Part shown: piece after piece, positions 30,179-39,748 of the stretch
Position numbering within the stretch: position 1 is the first letter of the stretch
Layout: each line of letters opens with the position of its first letter
NCBI GenBank assembly: GCA_965203175.1
Contig: OZ241867.1
Coordinates: 1,632,001 to 1,696,000, forward strand
From: Candidatus Latescibacterota bacterium
GTDB taxonomy: Bacteria; Latescibacterota; UBA2968; UBA8231
Length of the DNA stretch: 64,000 bases
Direction of reading: 5' to 3'
Made by a program: the position numbers and the translations under genes
The notes under the pieces: generated by a model
Database searches by the model: none
The model's input: the letters and a program-made list of their open reading frames with translations, nothing else
Told to the model about the DNA's origin: nothing

Positions 30179-30661
30179 TTACTGTTCCCAGCTTTCCCGC
30201 TCACTGTGTAGGTCAGCATCAACCTCTTCCCGAGTTGGGGGTTTATGGCCACGCACCTGCTGTCGAGCGCGTATATCTGCCATTAGCTCCCGATAGGAAC
30301 GTGAAGAACCTAGCGAAGGGGAGGCTACGCCAGCTAAGTACCGCTCCAACGCCTCTTTGACCACTTGGTTGAGGTTTGCGCCCTTCTCCTTGGCACATAG
30401 GGCTGCCCGGCGATGTAGGTCGCTGCCCATCCGCACGTTGAAACTGCCTTTGAACGGCTGTTCGGGCTGTCGTCCTTCCTGCCGGCATAGGTCGAGGTAG
30501 CCATTCACCGCTTCTTCAAAAGCGGAGCGCAGTGAGTCCACGTCTGTCCCTTCATAACTGACGAGGTCGCGGATGAATTCGAGCTTGCCGTAGAAAATCC
30601 GGTCGTCGTCGTCGTAGTGCGCCGAGCCGGTGTAGCCCTTATAAGTCATCATGTCTCTCAT
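30179..30661 (-). CDS. hicB: HicB antitoxin with a VapB-like C-terminal extension
   Basis: MTYKGYTGS..YD...FYGK..IRDLVSYEG...FKGSFNVR...LH RHH domain; extra tail ending EEVDADLHSERESWEQ. Confidence 0.85.
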   Translation of the reverse strand: MRDMMTYKGYTGSAHYDDDDRIFYGKLEFIRDLVSYEGTDVDSLRSAFEEAVNGYLDLCRQEGRQPEQPFKGSFNVRMGSDLHRRAALCAKEKGANLNQVVKEALERYLAGVASPSLGSSRSYRELMADIRARQQVRGHKPPTREEVDADLHSERESWEQ

Positions 30662-30735
30662 ATCAGTCTCTTTGTTCAAGGGCTTTAGGCATCTAAGTGC
30701 GTTTCCCAAAAATAATATATGCCGCTCTTCATAGA

Positions 30736-30759
30736 GTAGCAACTAAATTTAGTTGCTAC
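30736..30759. promoter_or_regulatory. Perfect 24-bp palindrome, candidate HicB operator
   Basis: GTAGCAACTAAA|TTTAGTTGCTAC about 75 bp upstream of hicB. Confidence 0.65.
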
Positions 30760-30802
30760 ATCAAACTACGGACTATTTTGGCAGAACATTTCGAAATAGC
30801 CA

Positions 30803-31963
30803 CTACCAGTTCGTATGCGACCCATCCCGGCGGCGCAAATGCGGTGCTTCCCAAAACTTGAATTCCTGCTCCTTGGCCAGCTCTTCGTTGAATTCCACGC
30901 CCAGTCCCGGCCCCTCGGGCACCTTTAACATCGACCCCACCAATTCGCACTGCTCTGGAAACAAATCCTCGTCCATGAACTTGCCCGCTTCCGTCGGCGT
31001 CACGCGGTGTTCGAGCCACGCGAAGTTGGGCACGGCCGCCGCCAGATGCACGGTCGCGGCGGTGCAGATCGGCCCCAGCGGGTTGTGGGGCATCAGGTCG
31101 ATGTAGTGGGATTCTGCCAAGCTCGCCACCTTCATCGACTCGGTTAGCCCGCCGACATTGCACACGTCGATCCGCGCAAACTGCGTGATTCCGCGTTCGA
31201 GATAGGGCAAAAACTGCCACTTGCTGGCAAATTCCTCGCCGATGGCAAAGGGTACGTCGGTCATGGTGCGGAGTGATTCGTAGGCTTCGGGACACTCGTC
31301 GCGAATGGGTTCTTCGAGGAAATCGAGCGTCCCCGGCGGCATCTTTTGGCAGAACGACGCGCTCTCGGCGACCGTCAGCCGATGGTGGTAGTCAATGCCC
31401 AAGACCGGGTCGGGACCAATTTCACGGCGCACTTCAGTCAGCCAAGCCGCGGTGATGCCGATGGACTCGCGCGGCTCGAACAGCAGCTCGTCGTCGTACT
31501 GTTTGCGCTGGGCCATTCCCGTGCGAATAACGTCCCAGCCCTTGTCCAACAGCAGCTTGCAGTTTTTGACCAAGGTCTCTAGATCCGGTGCCCCAGTCGT
31601 CGCAAAGCAGGGCACCCACTCGCGCTGCTTGCCGCCCAAAAGTTGATAGACCGGCACGCCGAGAGCCTTGCCTACCACGTCGTGTAAGGCGATGTTGAGG
31701 GCCGAAATCGCTGCGGTCAACACCCGCCCACCTTCAAAGTACTGGCCGCGGTACATCTCTTGCCAGAGCCGCCCGATCTCGCGTGGGTCGCGGCCGAGCA
31801 AAAACTCCCGGTAGTGCCGCACCGCGCCCACTACGGCCAGCTCGCGTCCCGATAGCCCCGACTCGCCCCAGCCGTGGATGCCTTCGTCGGTCTCGACCTT
31901 GACGATGAGTTGATTGCGGTGGCCAACCCAAGTTGGATAGGCTTTGATGTCGCTGATTTTCAT
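30803..31963 (-). CDS. Mandelate racemase/enolase superfamily dehydratase (DgoD-like)
   Basis: VKVETDEGIHGWGE, PVYQLLGG, IDYHHR, EEP, GEE, PHNP.GP. Confidence 0.9.
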   Translation of the reverse strand: MKISDIKAYPTWVGHRNQLIVKVETDEGIHGWGESGLSGRELAVVGAVRHYREFLLGRDPREIGRLWQEMYRGQYFEGGRVLTAAISALNIALHDVVGKALGVPVYQLLGGKQREWVPCFATTGAPDLETLVKNCKLLLDKGWDVIRTGMAQRKQYDDELLFEPRESIGITAAWLTEVRREIGPDPVLGIDYHHRLTVAESASFCQKMPPGTLDFLEEPIRDECPEAYESLRTMTDVPFAIGEEFASKWQFLPYLERGITQFARIDVCNVGGLTESMKVASLAESHYIDLMPHNPLGPICTAATVHLAAAVPNFAWLEHRVTPTEAGKFMDEDLFPEQCELVGSMLKVPEGPGLGVEFNEELAKEQEFKFWEAPHLRRRDGSHTNW

Positions 31964-31976
31964 GGGATCTCCTCAG

Positions 31977-32768
31977 TTATTCGCGCAACAGCGCGACCAA
32001 TTGTTCGTAGATTCCCGGCGCGGCTGCGACCAAATCGCGGCCGTCCAATTCTTCCGGCATCTCGCCCTCCACGGGTTGTAAGTGACCGACGCGAGCGCCC
32101 GCCTCCCGCGCAATCAGGGCCGCAGCCGCCAAGTCCCAGGGCTTGAGCGCCTCGTAAAAGCCGTCGAGGCGGCCCATCGCCACCCAGCAGAGATCAATTG
32201 CGGCCGAGCCTACGCGGCGGATATCGCGGCAGTGTCCGAGGACGCGGCGCAAGCGATCCACCAGCGCCACTCTGCCCTCGGCGGCGTAGGGGAAGCCCGT
32301 GCCAATCAGGGCGCGGGATAGCTCGCTGCACTCGCTGGTTCGGATGGCGTGGCCGTTGAGCCAGGCACCCGCATCGCGCCGGGCGGTAAAGGTCTCGTCC
32401 ACAAACGGGCAGTGCACCACGCCGACCTGCACTTGGCCGCCTTCGGCAAAGGCAATGGACACGGCTACTTGCTGCTGGTTATAGGCGTAGTTGACGGTGC
32501 CGTCAATCGGGTCGATAACCCACAAGGGGCCGCGCAGTTGCGTCGGATCTGTAAGGTGGGGCGAGGACTCTTCGGAGAGGATGCAGTGGTCGGGGAAGGT
32601 CTTTTCGATCTCGCCGCGGATGAGATGGTCGGCCTGCAAATCGGCCGACGTCAACAGCTCAATTCCTTCCTTGTAGCTCAGATCCAGTGCCCGGTCTGTC
32701 CGTGCTTGGGCGATTAGCACACCAGCGCGCCGGGCGAGGTCTTCGGCAAATTCGAGCGCCTCGCTCAA
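31977..32768 (-). CDS. Inositol monophosphatase family (SuhB-like)
   Basis: SEE, WVIDPIDGTVN, GSAAIDL..VA.G, PWDLAA; TTG start overlaps the upstream TGA. Confidence 0.9.
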   Translation of the reverse strand: MSEALEFAEDLARRAGVLIAQARTDRALDLSYKEGIELLTSADLQADHLIRGEIEKTFPDHCILSEESSPHLTDPTQLRGPLWVIDPIDGTVNYAYNQQQVAVSIAFAEGGQVQVGVVHCPFVDETFTARRDAGAWLNGHAIRTSECSELSRALIGTGFPYAAEGRVALVDRLRRVLGHCRDIRRVGSAAIDLCWVAMGRLDGFYEALKPWDLAAAALIAREAGARVGHLQPVEGEMPEELDGRDLVAAAPGIYEQLVALLRE

Positions 32769-33901
32769 CAGTGCGCCCCTAATTCCATTGGATACGGCGA
32801 CAAGTTTTCCAAGCCATCCTCGGTAATCAGGTACATATTTTCCAGGCGCACTCCTGCCCGCGCCTCGGGGATATAGGCCCCCGGCTCGACCGAGACTACA
32901 TTGCCCACGCGCAAGGTGCCGCCGCGCTCCTTGTTGAGATCGGGCATCTCGTGCGCCCGCAGGCCGATGTTGTGCCCGGCGTGGTGGATCAAGCCGACGT
33001 CGGCCAATTTGGGATGCTCGCGGATATAGGCGTCCATGGCCACCGCGCATTCGCTGCCGTCCTTGCCCGGCCGCAAATACTCGCCGACGCGGTCGTGGAA
33101 GCCCCTGACGTGCTCGAAGACGGAGTGTTGCACCTCGGTCGGTTCGCCCACTGCAAAGCTGCGGCACAAGTCGGCCCAGTACCCGCGGTACACCGACCAA
33201 GCGTCGATGACGTAGATTTCCCCGGCCTCAATCGGGCGATTGCGCGCAAAACCGCCCAGCTCGCCACACTGGTAGTCGCCGTCGTGAAAAACCTTCTCAC
33301 CGGCCGCAAGATGCGCTGCCCGTTGCGCTGCCGCTAGCACCTCCAGCTCGTTGACGCCCGGAGCCATTGCCGCTTCTGCCGCGGCGTATGCTGCCAGATC
33401 GACCTGCACTACCTTGCGCAACAGCTCGATTTCGTCGGGGTCCTTAACCTCCTGCATGTCGGCGAGTAGCTCATCGATTGCGACCCATGCGGGCGTTTTG
33501 CCCAACCCTTCCTCGACCGCCTGTCCCAAGCGACGCGGCAAAAACTCGCCCTGCCAGCCCAAGCGGCCAGCCGCCGGCTTTTTGGCGCGCAGCGTATCGA
33601 CGATTAGCCCGCTTATCACCTCGCGCAAATCGGGCGTGACCGTGCCGCCGACGCTGAGGGAAAAGGTGAAACACTCGTCGGCGCACGGCTCGCCTTCGTC
33701 AGTATGCGCGATCAGCAAGGACCGTCCATCGGCCCCCAGCCAAAAAATCGCCGGTGGGCCGGGGAATTCCTCGGGGATGATGATCCCGGTGAAGTAGTAG
33801 ATTTCTTTCGGATGGTTGATCACGGCCGCGTCGATGTCGAGTTCGGCCAGCCGCGCACACAGGCGCTGCTGCCGCGAGCGGCATCCTTCTTTGGTCAGCA
33901 T
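32765..33901 (-). CDS. Xaa-Pro peptidase (M24) family
   Basis: Creatinase-like N-domain; YWADLCRS, HHAGHNIGL..HE, VEPG, GVRLEN. Confidence 0.85.
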   Translation of the reverse strand: MLTKEGCRSRQQRLCARLAELDIDAAVINHPKEIYYFTGIIIPEEFPGPPAIFWLGADGRSLLIAHTDEGEPCADECFTFSLSVGGTVTPDLREVISGLIVDTLRAKKPAAGRLGWQGEFLPRRLGQAVEEGLGKTPAWVAIDELLADMQEVKDPDEIELLRKVVQVDLAAYAAAEAAMAPGVNELEVLAAAQRAAHLAAGEKVFHDGDYQCGELGGFARNRPIEAGEIYVIDAWSVYRGYWADLCRSFAVGEPTEVQHSVFEHVRGFHDRVGEYLRPGKDGSECAVAMDAYIREHPKLADVGLIHHAGHNIGLRAHEMPDLNKERGGTLRVGNVVSVEPGAYIPEARAGVRLENMYLITEDGLENLSPYPMELGAHC

Positions 33902-34097
33902 TGTACTTTCCTTTTTGGCACTGCCGCCAGCGGCGTACGCTGGTATGCAGCTTGGTTTCTGTCAATCACAACTGCGACGGGACGGACATATTAACGAACC
34001 GCATCGCTCCTGAAAAGTAGGCTGAGCGCCCTGCGCCTTGAGCCACCCGCTAGCTGCTCTGTATATTCTCAGCCCATTTTCAAACGAAAGTATATCT

Positions 34098-35270
34098 ATG
34101 ATTTCGATCCGACTCATTCTGGCTGCCTGTCTGTTCTTTACCGCAGTCCCAGCATCGAGCAAAGGCTTCCACGGCTTCGACCCGGCCACCTACGACGGCC
34201 TGATGCTCCCGCCGGCAACGCTACAGGCAATGGCCGCCGAAGCCGCGCAACACTCACCCGCCAAAAACGGCAAAAACCTAGTCTTTGGCTTCGCCAACCT
34301 ACAGCGCGACATCAGCTTCGGCATCAAGGTCGAAAAGAGCATTGAGCGCAACGCCGAGGCCGCTGGCATCGAACTGCTGATCGCCGACAACCGGCTCGAC
34401 GGGCCGACCGCCCTTGCCAACGCCGAGAGCTTTGCCCGGCGCCAAGTTGACTTCTGCATCGAGTTCCAAACCGACGTCAACTTTGGCCCGGCGATCATGC
34501 AGCACTTCAACCGCAAGCAGATCGGCGTGGTCGCCATCGACATTCCCATGCCGGGGGCCACCTACTTCGGTGCCAACAACCCCCGCTCGGGTTTTATGGG
34601 GGGTTCCTATCTAGCGCAAGCGGCCAAAGTGCGCTTTGGCGACCGGGCGCTTGCGGAGGGATACTTCGTCGTCGGCGAACTGCCGCAGTCGGGCGCGATC
34701 CCCGCCATGCGCACGGAGGGCCAGATCGCCGGCTTCCTCGCCTCGCTGCCCGGCTTCTCTCCTGAACGCATCATCCGCATCGACACCAAGAACACGCTGC
34801 AGTACTCCTTCCAGCAGATGAGCAACGCGCTCGGCCGCATCCCTCAGGGTTCGCCGATCCTGATCACCGCCATCAACGACCAGTCAGTCTCCGGCATGTT
34901 GCGCGCCGTACAGCAACAGGGGCGCGGCGCAGACGCGCTGGTCGTCGGCAAGGGTGCCGACGAGTTGGAGACAATGGTCGCCGAGGAGCACTTCATCGCC
35001 TCGGTCGCCTATTTCCCCGAGCGCTACGGCAACTATCTCATCCCGCTGAGCCTGATGCGCTTAGCGGGCCACGACGTGCCGCCAGCGGTCGCCGTCAACC
35101 ACGTGATGATCAGCCCGGCCAATATCTGTCAATTCTACCCCGAATACGAATGCCAAGGCGAGCCGGGCTTCGAGTACGTCTTCCCACAGGAAGCCTTTGT
35201 CGAACACTTGGCGACCCTGAAGGACAAACCCGAACTCGCCGGCTACGAGCAGTTGATCCCCGACCACTAG
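34098..35270 (+). CDS. Sugar ABC transporter substrate-binding protein
   Basis: Signal peptide; VVAIDIP, YFGANN..G, IND periplasmic-binding fold; first gene of the ABC operon. Confidence 0.85.
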   Translation: MISIRLILAACLFFTAVPASSKGFHGFDPATYDGLMLPPATLQAMAAEAAQHSPAKNGKNLVFGFANLQRDISFGIKVEKSIERNAEAAGIELLIADNRLDGPTALANAESFARRQVDFCIEFQTDVNFGPAIMQHFNRKQIGVVAIDIPMPGATYFGANNPRSGFMGGSYLAQAAKVRFGDRALAEGYFVVGELPQSGAIPAMRTEGQIAGFLASLPGFSPERIIRIDTKNTLQYSFQQMSNALGRIPQGSPILITAINDQSVSGMLRAVQQQGRGADALVVGKGADELETMVAEEHFIASVAYFPERYGNYLIPLSLMRLAGHDVPPAVAVNHVMISPANICQFYPEYECQGEPGFEYVFPQEAFVEHLATLKDKPELAGYEQLIPDH

Positions 35271-35271
35271 T

Positions 35272-36783
35272 ATGAGCCATACCGCACCCCTCCTGCACCT
35301 GGAGGGCATTTGCAAATCCTTCGGCAGCGCCCAAGTCTTGCGCGAGGTCGATCTCCGCTTAGACGCCGGGGAGGTCTTAGCGCTGCTGGGTGCCAATGGG
35401 GCAGGTAAATCCACGCTAGTGAAAATCCTCTGCGGCGTGTACAGTCGCGACGCTGGCACCGTCCGCCTCAACGACCAAGCAGTGCGCTACGACCGGCCCG
35501 AAGAGGCCATTGCCCACGGCGTCCGCTTTTTGCCGCAGGAAGTGTCGGTCCTGCCCGACCTCACGGTCGCCGAAAACATCCTCATCGCCGACCTGCCGCT
35601 CAAACGCTCGTGGCTTGGCAAGCAAGTAGATCGCCCAGCGCTGCGCACCAAAGCGCGGGCACTGCTCGACCGGCTCGGCTGCGACTTCGACCCCGACGCG
35701 CCGGTACACCAACTCTCCGCGCCGCACAAGCGCTTGGTGGAAATCGCCCGCGCGCTCGCCGGCCAAGCGCGGGTCATCGTCATGGACGAGCCAACCGCCT
35801 CCCTCGCCGACCGCGAGGTGCAAGCGCTCTTCGCCGTCGTCGAGCGGCTCAAGGCGCAGCAGATCGGCATCATCTACATCTCCCACTACCTCGACGAGGT
35901 CTTCGAGATCGCCGACCGCATCACCGTGCTCCGCGACGGGCTAAACGCCGGCGATTTCGCCACCGCCACGGCTTCGCGGCGCGCAGTCCTCGACGCCATG
36001 CTCGGCACTACCGTCGATGAACTCTACCCACCGCGCGGCACAAGCATTGGCGAGGTTGCGCTGAAGGTAGAAAACCTGAATTTGCCCAGTGCGCTCGACA
36101 GCGTATCCTTTGCGCTCCACCGGGGCGAGATTCTCGGCGTCTTCGGCCTGCTCGGCTCGGGGATTGACCAACTTGGCCGGGCCATCTACGGCGCGCTGGG
36201 GCCGCTGCCCGGCGCACGCATTGCGCTCGAGGGTGCGCCTTATACCCCTATCAATCCGCGCCGGGGCCGCGACGCGGGCATCGGTTTCGTCGCCGCCGAA
36301 CGCCAGCGCGAAGGCATCGTCCCCGACCTCGGCGTCAGTGCCAATATCACCTTGCCCTTTATCGACCGCTTCGTGCGCTTGTTCTCTGTGTCCAAACCCC
36401 GCGAAGTAAGCCACGCGCAAAACTGGATCGACCGCCTGGAAATTCGCGCCGCCCATCTCGACCAGCCGCTGCGCTTGCTCTCGGGCGGCAATCAGCAAAA
36501 GGCCTGCTTGGCCCGCTGGCTGGTCGAGGGCCTCAAAGTGCTCATCCTCGAAGAACCGACCCGAGGCGTGGACGTGGGCGCTCGCCACGAACTCTACTTG
36601 GCACTGCGGCAGTGGACCCAACAGGGCCTTGCCGTACTCTTGATTTCCTCCGACGCCGAAGAAATCGCCGGCGTCTGCGATCGTTCCATTGTGCTCGACC
36701 GCGGTCGGGTCTCCAGCCGCTTTTCCGTCGGCGCAGACCCGGCCGACCTGCTCCATACTCCGACTGCGAAAGACCATCCATGA
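35272..36783 (+). CDS. Sugar ABC transporter ATPase (RbsA-type)
   Basis: GANGAGKST, MDEPTASL, ISH, LSGGNQQK, EPTRGVDVGA. Confidence 0.95.
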   Translation: MSHTAPLLHLEGICKSFGSAQVLREVDLRLDAGEVLALLGANGAGKSTLVKILCGVYSRDAGTVRLNDQAVRYDRPEEAIAHGVRFLPQEVSVLPDLTVAENILIADLPLKRSWLGKQVDRPALRTKARALLDRLGCDFDPDAPVHQLSAPHKRLVEIARALAGQARVIVMDEPTASLADREVQALFAVVERLKAQQIGIIYISHYLDEVFEIADRITVLRDGLNAGDFATATASRRAVLDAMLGTTVDELYPPRGTSIGEVALKVENLNLPSALDSVSFALHRGEILGVFGLLGSGIDQLGRAIYGALGPLPGARIALEGAPYTPINPRRGRDAGIGFVAAERQREGIVPDLGVSANITLPFIDRFVRLFSVSKPREVSHAQNWIDRLEIRAAHLDQPLRLLSGGNQQKACLARWLVEGLKVLILEEPTRGVDVGARHELYLALRQWTQQGLAVLLISSDAEEIAGVCDRSIVLDRGRVSSRFSVGADPADLLHTPTAKDHP

Positions 36784-37733
36784 GTATCGCCACCTTATTA
36801 AATCGCCCCGGCGCTGGCGTCGCCCTGTTATTGATATTCTACCTCTTGGTCGCCGTGCTCTTCAGCGTGCTCTCGCCTTGGTTTTTGTCCTTCGACAATA
36901 TGGTGAGCATTGGTGCCAATATGGCCTTTATCGGCTTGATGTGCGCGTTGCAAACGCCGCTGATCATCGCCGGGGGTCTCGATCTGTCGGTGGCCGCGGT
37001 CGCCGGGCTGGCCGGGGTCGTCGTCGCGCTGCTCCACGCCTCGGGTGTTGGCATTGTCGCGGCCTGTCTCATCGCGCTGGCACTGGGAGGGGGCATCGGG
37101 TTGCTCAATGGCTTGTTGGTTGTGCGCCTCGGGCTCAACTCGCTGATCGCCACTCTGGGCACGATGAGCGTTATCGGCGGGTTGGCCCTAGTCCTGACCG
37201 GCGGGCTGACCAAGCCACTGATGGAACCCGGTTTCAACTGGATCGGCAGCGGCCAGCTTTTGCGGCTGCCGGTGCCGTTGGTACTGATGCTGCTGGTTTA
37301 TATCGCGCTCGGCTGGGTGCTCGCGCGGACCCGCTTCGGCCGCTTCGTCTATGCCGCAGGCAGCAACGCCGAGGCCAGTCGGCTTGTCGGCGTCCCCGTC
37401 GCCCGCACCCTGATGATCCTCTACGTCCTCTCCGGCCTCAGCGGCGCGGTCAGCGGCCTCATCCTCGCGGCCATGCTCTACGCGGCGGCACCCGACGCAG
37501 CGGGGCAGCATTTGTTGACGGTGATCGCCGCTGTGATCTTGGGTGGCACGAGCCTTTTCGGGGGACGCGGCACGGTCTGGGGGACCTTGTTGGCGGTGCT
37601 CTTGCTCGGCACCCTCAACAACGGGCTGACGCTGATGGATGTGTCGAGCTTCTGGCAGGATGTAACGCGCGGAGCAGTGCTCCTGTTGGCCGTCGGCCTC
37701 GACCAAGTTCGCACTCGCGCTACAGGCGCTTGA
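36780..37733 (+). CDS. Sugar ABC transporter permease (RbsC-type)
   Basis: GGLDLSV, IATLG, RTRFGR, IAAVILGGTSLFGG.G. Confidence 0.95.
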   Translation: MSIATLLNRPGAGVALLLIFYLLVAVLFSVLSPWFLSFDNMVSIGANMAFIGLMCALQTPLIIAGGLDLSVAAVAGLAGVVVALLHASGVGIVAACLIALALGGGIGLLNGLLVVRLGLNSLIATLGTMSVIGGLALVLTGGLTKPLMEPGFNWIGSGQLLRLPVPLVLMLLVYIALGWVLARTRFGRFVYAAGSNAEASRLVGVPVARTLMILYVLSGLSGAVSGLILAAMLYAAAPDAAGQHLLTVIAAVILGGTSLFGGRGTVWGTLLAVLLLGTLNNGLTLMDVSSFWQDVTRGAVLLLAVGLDQVRTRATGA

Positions 37734-37786
37734 TAAGTAAATTTAATGAATTCACTGAGCTTACCTTTCCAAGGAAAAAAAATCTC

Positions 37787-39607
37787 ATGATGAAAAACAG
37801 AATATTGCCCACCTCGACATCGATGATTCCTGTCGTCGGCCTGCTCGTGCTGGCCGGTGCCTTTTTTGTGGCGCACCCCGCCTTGGCGCAGACGGATCTA
37901 GACTGTCCACTGCCTCCCGACTGGACTCCTCCGTCTGTGACTGCGGAACAGGTGGAAAACGGCAGCGCCAGTCTGAGGGACTTCGCGCTGGTTGCGCGAG
38001 ATTCGTTCCGGGTCGCGACCGAGCGATTAACGGGCAGGGGCCAATTGTACAATTCTGCATGCATCGTCAGGGAGGAAGGGGGTCCTTGGCGTTCGGGTTC
38101 CACCTACTTGGTGCAACTGACGGCCGAAGGTAGGGTGCGCATTCACGCGAATGACATGGCGTTGTCGGGCCGACTTCTCAAGCCCCGAATTTATTTCGAA
38201 ATCCTTTCTTCGCTGGGAGTCCCCGCAACCGTTCTGGCCAATCTGGTTTCTCCCGATTCTAGTACAGTCGCCCAAGCGCAAGCCGCCGTCGTTGCCACAT
38301 TATCGCAAGAACCGGATGCTGCGTTTGATGCGACCGGCCCCTCAGCGGTGGGCCCGGGGATACCAGGTGCCGTCGGCTACGCTAGCGTTTACATCAGCGG
38401 CGTACGTACGTTTCCGATCATACTGCTCGCCGGATTCGAGTTGGATGCATCGCACTTGGCTCAAGAACCAATTGATTACGGCGACCCGGCCATTACGGCC
38501 AAGGAGGTGGTGGATCGCGAAACCCTGAAGGCCTTCGTCGCGGAAGCAGGAAAGTACTTTAGCAGGCTCCAAGGGACCGGCGTTCAAGGTGCCATCTTAA
38601 AAGCCAAAATTGCCCTCAGGGATCCGAACGGGCCTTGGCGACACGGTAACGTGTACATCGGTGTCGTGGATCGCATCAGCAACATCATCGTGTTTCACGG
38701 AGGATTTCCGGATCGATTCGAGCTGCGACCTCCGGGGGTTTCCCGAGACGCCGTGACCGGGGAACTCATTATAAATCAGCTCAACGCCGCAGCGGCTAGC
38801 GGCCCGGAAGGCGGCTTCTGGAATTACCACTTCGACAATCCCACAGACGACACCGACAGTGCCGACATTCCCAAAGTGGGCTACGCCCGCGAGTTCTCGG
38901 GTGAAGTCCTTAGGCCAGATGGAAGCTACCTCCCATTCAGCTTCATCATTAATTCGGGTTTTTATCGGATCCCCGGTGATGTCTCGGCCGTTCGCCTTAT
39001 GGAAATGGAAGTGGAGGCCACGGTCCTAGGCGATGCGGTCGAAGGGTTGACCGTCGAGTTTTCCCGCGCCATCGCCGGCCACCCGCCCAACTACGTCTGG
39101 AGCGCGGTCACCGACGCCAACGGCCACGTGTCTCTGACCATCTCCAGCGCCGCACGCCGGGTGAGCGGTTACTATCGGGCCCAAGCCCGCAATGCCGCTG
39201 GCGAAGTCGTCGGTCAATGGCACAGCATTCCCCTCAATCAGAACCTACGCCAAGTGTTGGAATTGCCGCTGGACGGCGACGTGAGAATCGTGCAGGTCGA
39301 ATCACTGGCCGCCGCCAAGGCCGTGGCCGCAACCAGCGGTTTGGCACCTAATGTGCCCAATCCCTTTAACAGCGCGACGCAGATTGCTTATCACTTGTCC
39401 AGCCCCGGCCCGGTGCAGTTGGTGATCTACAATGTGCTGGGTCAGCCGGTACGTACGTTGGTGGATCAGTTCCAAGCCGCCGGCTCCTACCAAGCCCAGT
39501 GGGATGCTCGCGACCAGCGAGGCACCTCGCTGTCGTCGGGGGTCTATATCACCCGTCTGAGCTATCCCGGCGGGGAGCAGACGCAGCGGCTGCTCTACCT
39601 CAAGTAG
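37787..39607 (+). CDS. Secreted protein with two Cache-like repeats and a FlgD-Ig/T9SS-like C-terminal domain
   Basis: Signal peptide; repeated GPWR.G..Y; ETLKAFV..A; GGFW.Y.FDNP....KVGYA; C-terminal NVPNPFNSAT...IYNVLGQ.VRTL...SSGVY. Confidence 0.75.
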   Translation: MMKNRILPTSTSMIPVVGLLVLAGAFFVAHPALAQTDLDCPLPPDWTPPSVTAEQVENGSASLRDFALVARDSFRVATERLTGRGQLYNSACIVREEGGPWRSGSTYLVQLTAEGRVRIHANDMALSGRLLKPRIYFEILSSLGVPATVLANLVSPDSSTVAQAQAAVVATLSQEPDAAFDATGPSAVGPGIPGAVGYASVYISGVRTFPIILLAGFELDASHLAQEPIDYGDPAITAKEVVDRETLKAFVAEAGKYFSRLQGTGVQGAILKAKIALRDPNGPWRHGNVYIGVVDRISNIIVFHGGFPDRFELRPPGVSRDAVTGELIINQLNAAAASGPEGGFWNYHFDNPTDDTDSADIPKVGYAREFSGEVLRPDGSYLPFSFIINSGFYRIPGDVSAVRLMEMEVEATVLGDAVEGLTVEFSRAIAGHPPNYVWSAVTDANGHVSLTISSAARRVSGYYRAQARNAAGEVVGQWHSIPLNQNLRQVLELPLDGDVRIVQVESLAAAKAVAATSGLAPNVPNPFNSATQIAYHLSSPGPVQLVIYNVLGQPVRTLVDQFQAAGSYQAQWDARDQRGTSLSSGVYITRLSYPGGEQTQRLLYLK

Positions 39608-39628
39608 CGCCGGAACGGTTCGTAGCCT

Positions 39629-39700
39629 AAGAAGCCGTCTGAAGATCCCTGATACGCCTTGAGCACGAGGCGTACGGGGTTTTCAGACGGCTTCTTTTTT
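39629..39700. repeat. 68-nt inverted repeat (terminator or MITE-like relic)
   Basis: Perfect 15-bp arms AAGAAGCCGTCTGAA / TTCAGACGGCTTCTT, inner stem TACGCCTT/GAGGCGTA, followed by a T run. Confidence 0.75.
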
Positions 39701-39748
39701 GAGGAGGGGAGCAGTCCGTCCCAGCATTGGGGACGCCACTCACGTTTA

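Noticed and set aside
32769-33200. N-terminal extension of the inositol monophosphatase (similar extensions at 20701, 22548, 46705 and 48175)
   Set aside because: These overlap upstream genes in another frame; artefacts of stop-poor high-GC DNA
33902-34097. Possible riboswitch between the M24 peptidase and the ABC operon
   Set aside because: A small GC hairpin is present, but I could not match any conserved aptamer motif; an Rfam scan would settle it
36689-37786. 972-aa ORF apparently overlapping the ABC permease
   Set aside because: The first 366 codons are an off-frame read-through of the permease; the real gene starts at 37787 with an RBS and signal peptide
39634-39691. Inverted pair of GCCGTCTGAA, the Neisseria DNA uptake sequence
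   Set aside because: I noticed no other copies in the window and the gene content is not neisserial; better explained as hairpin arms
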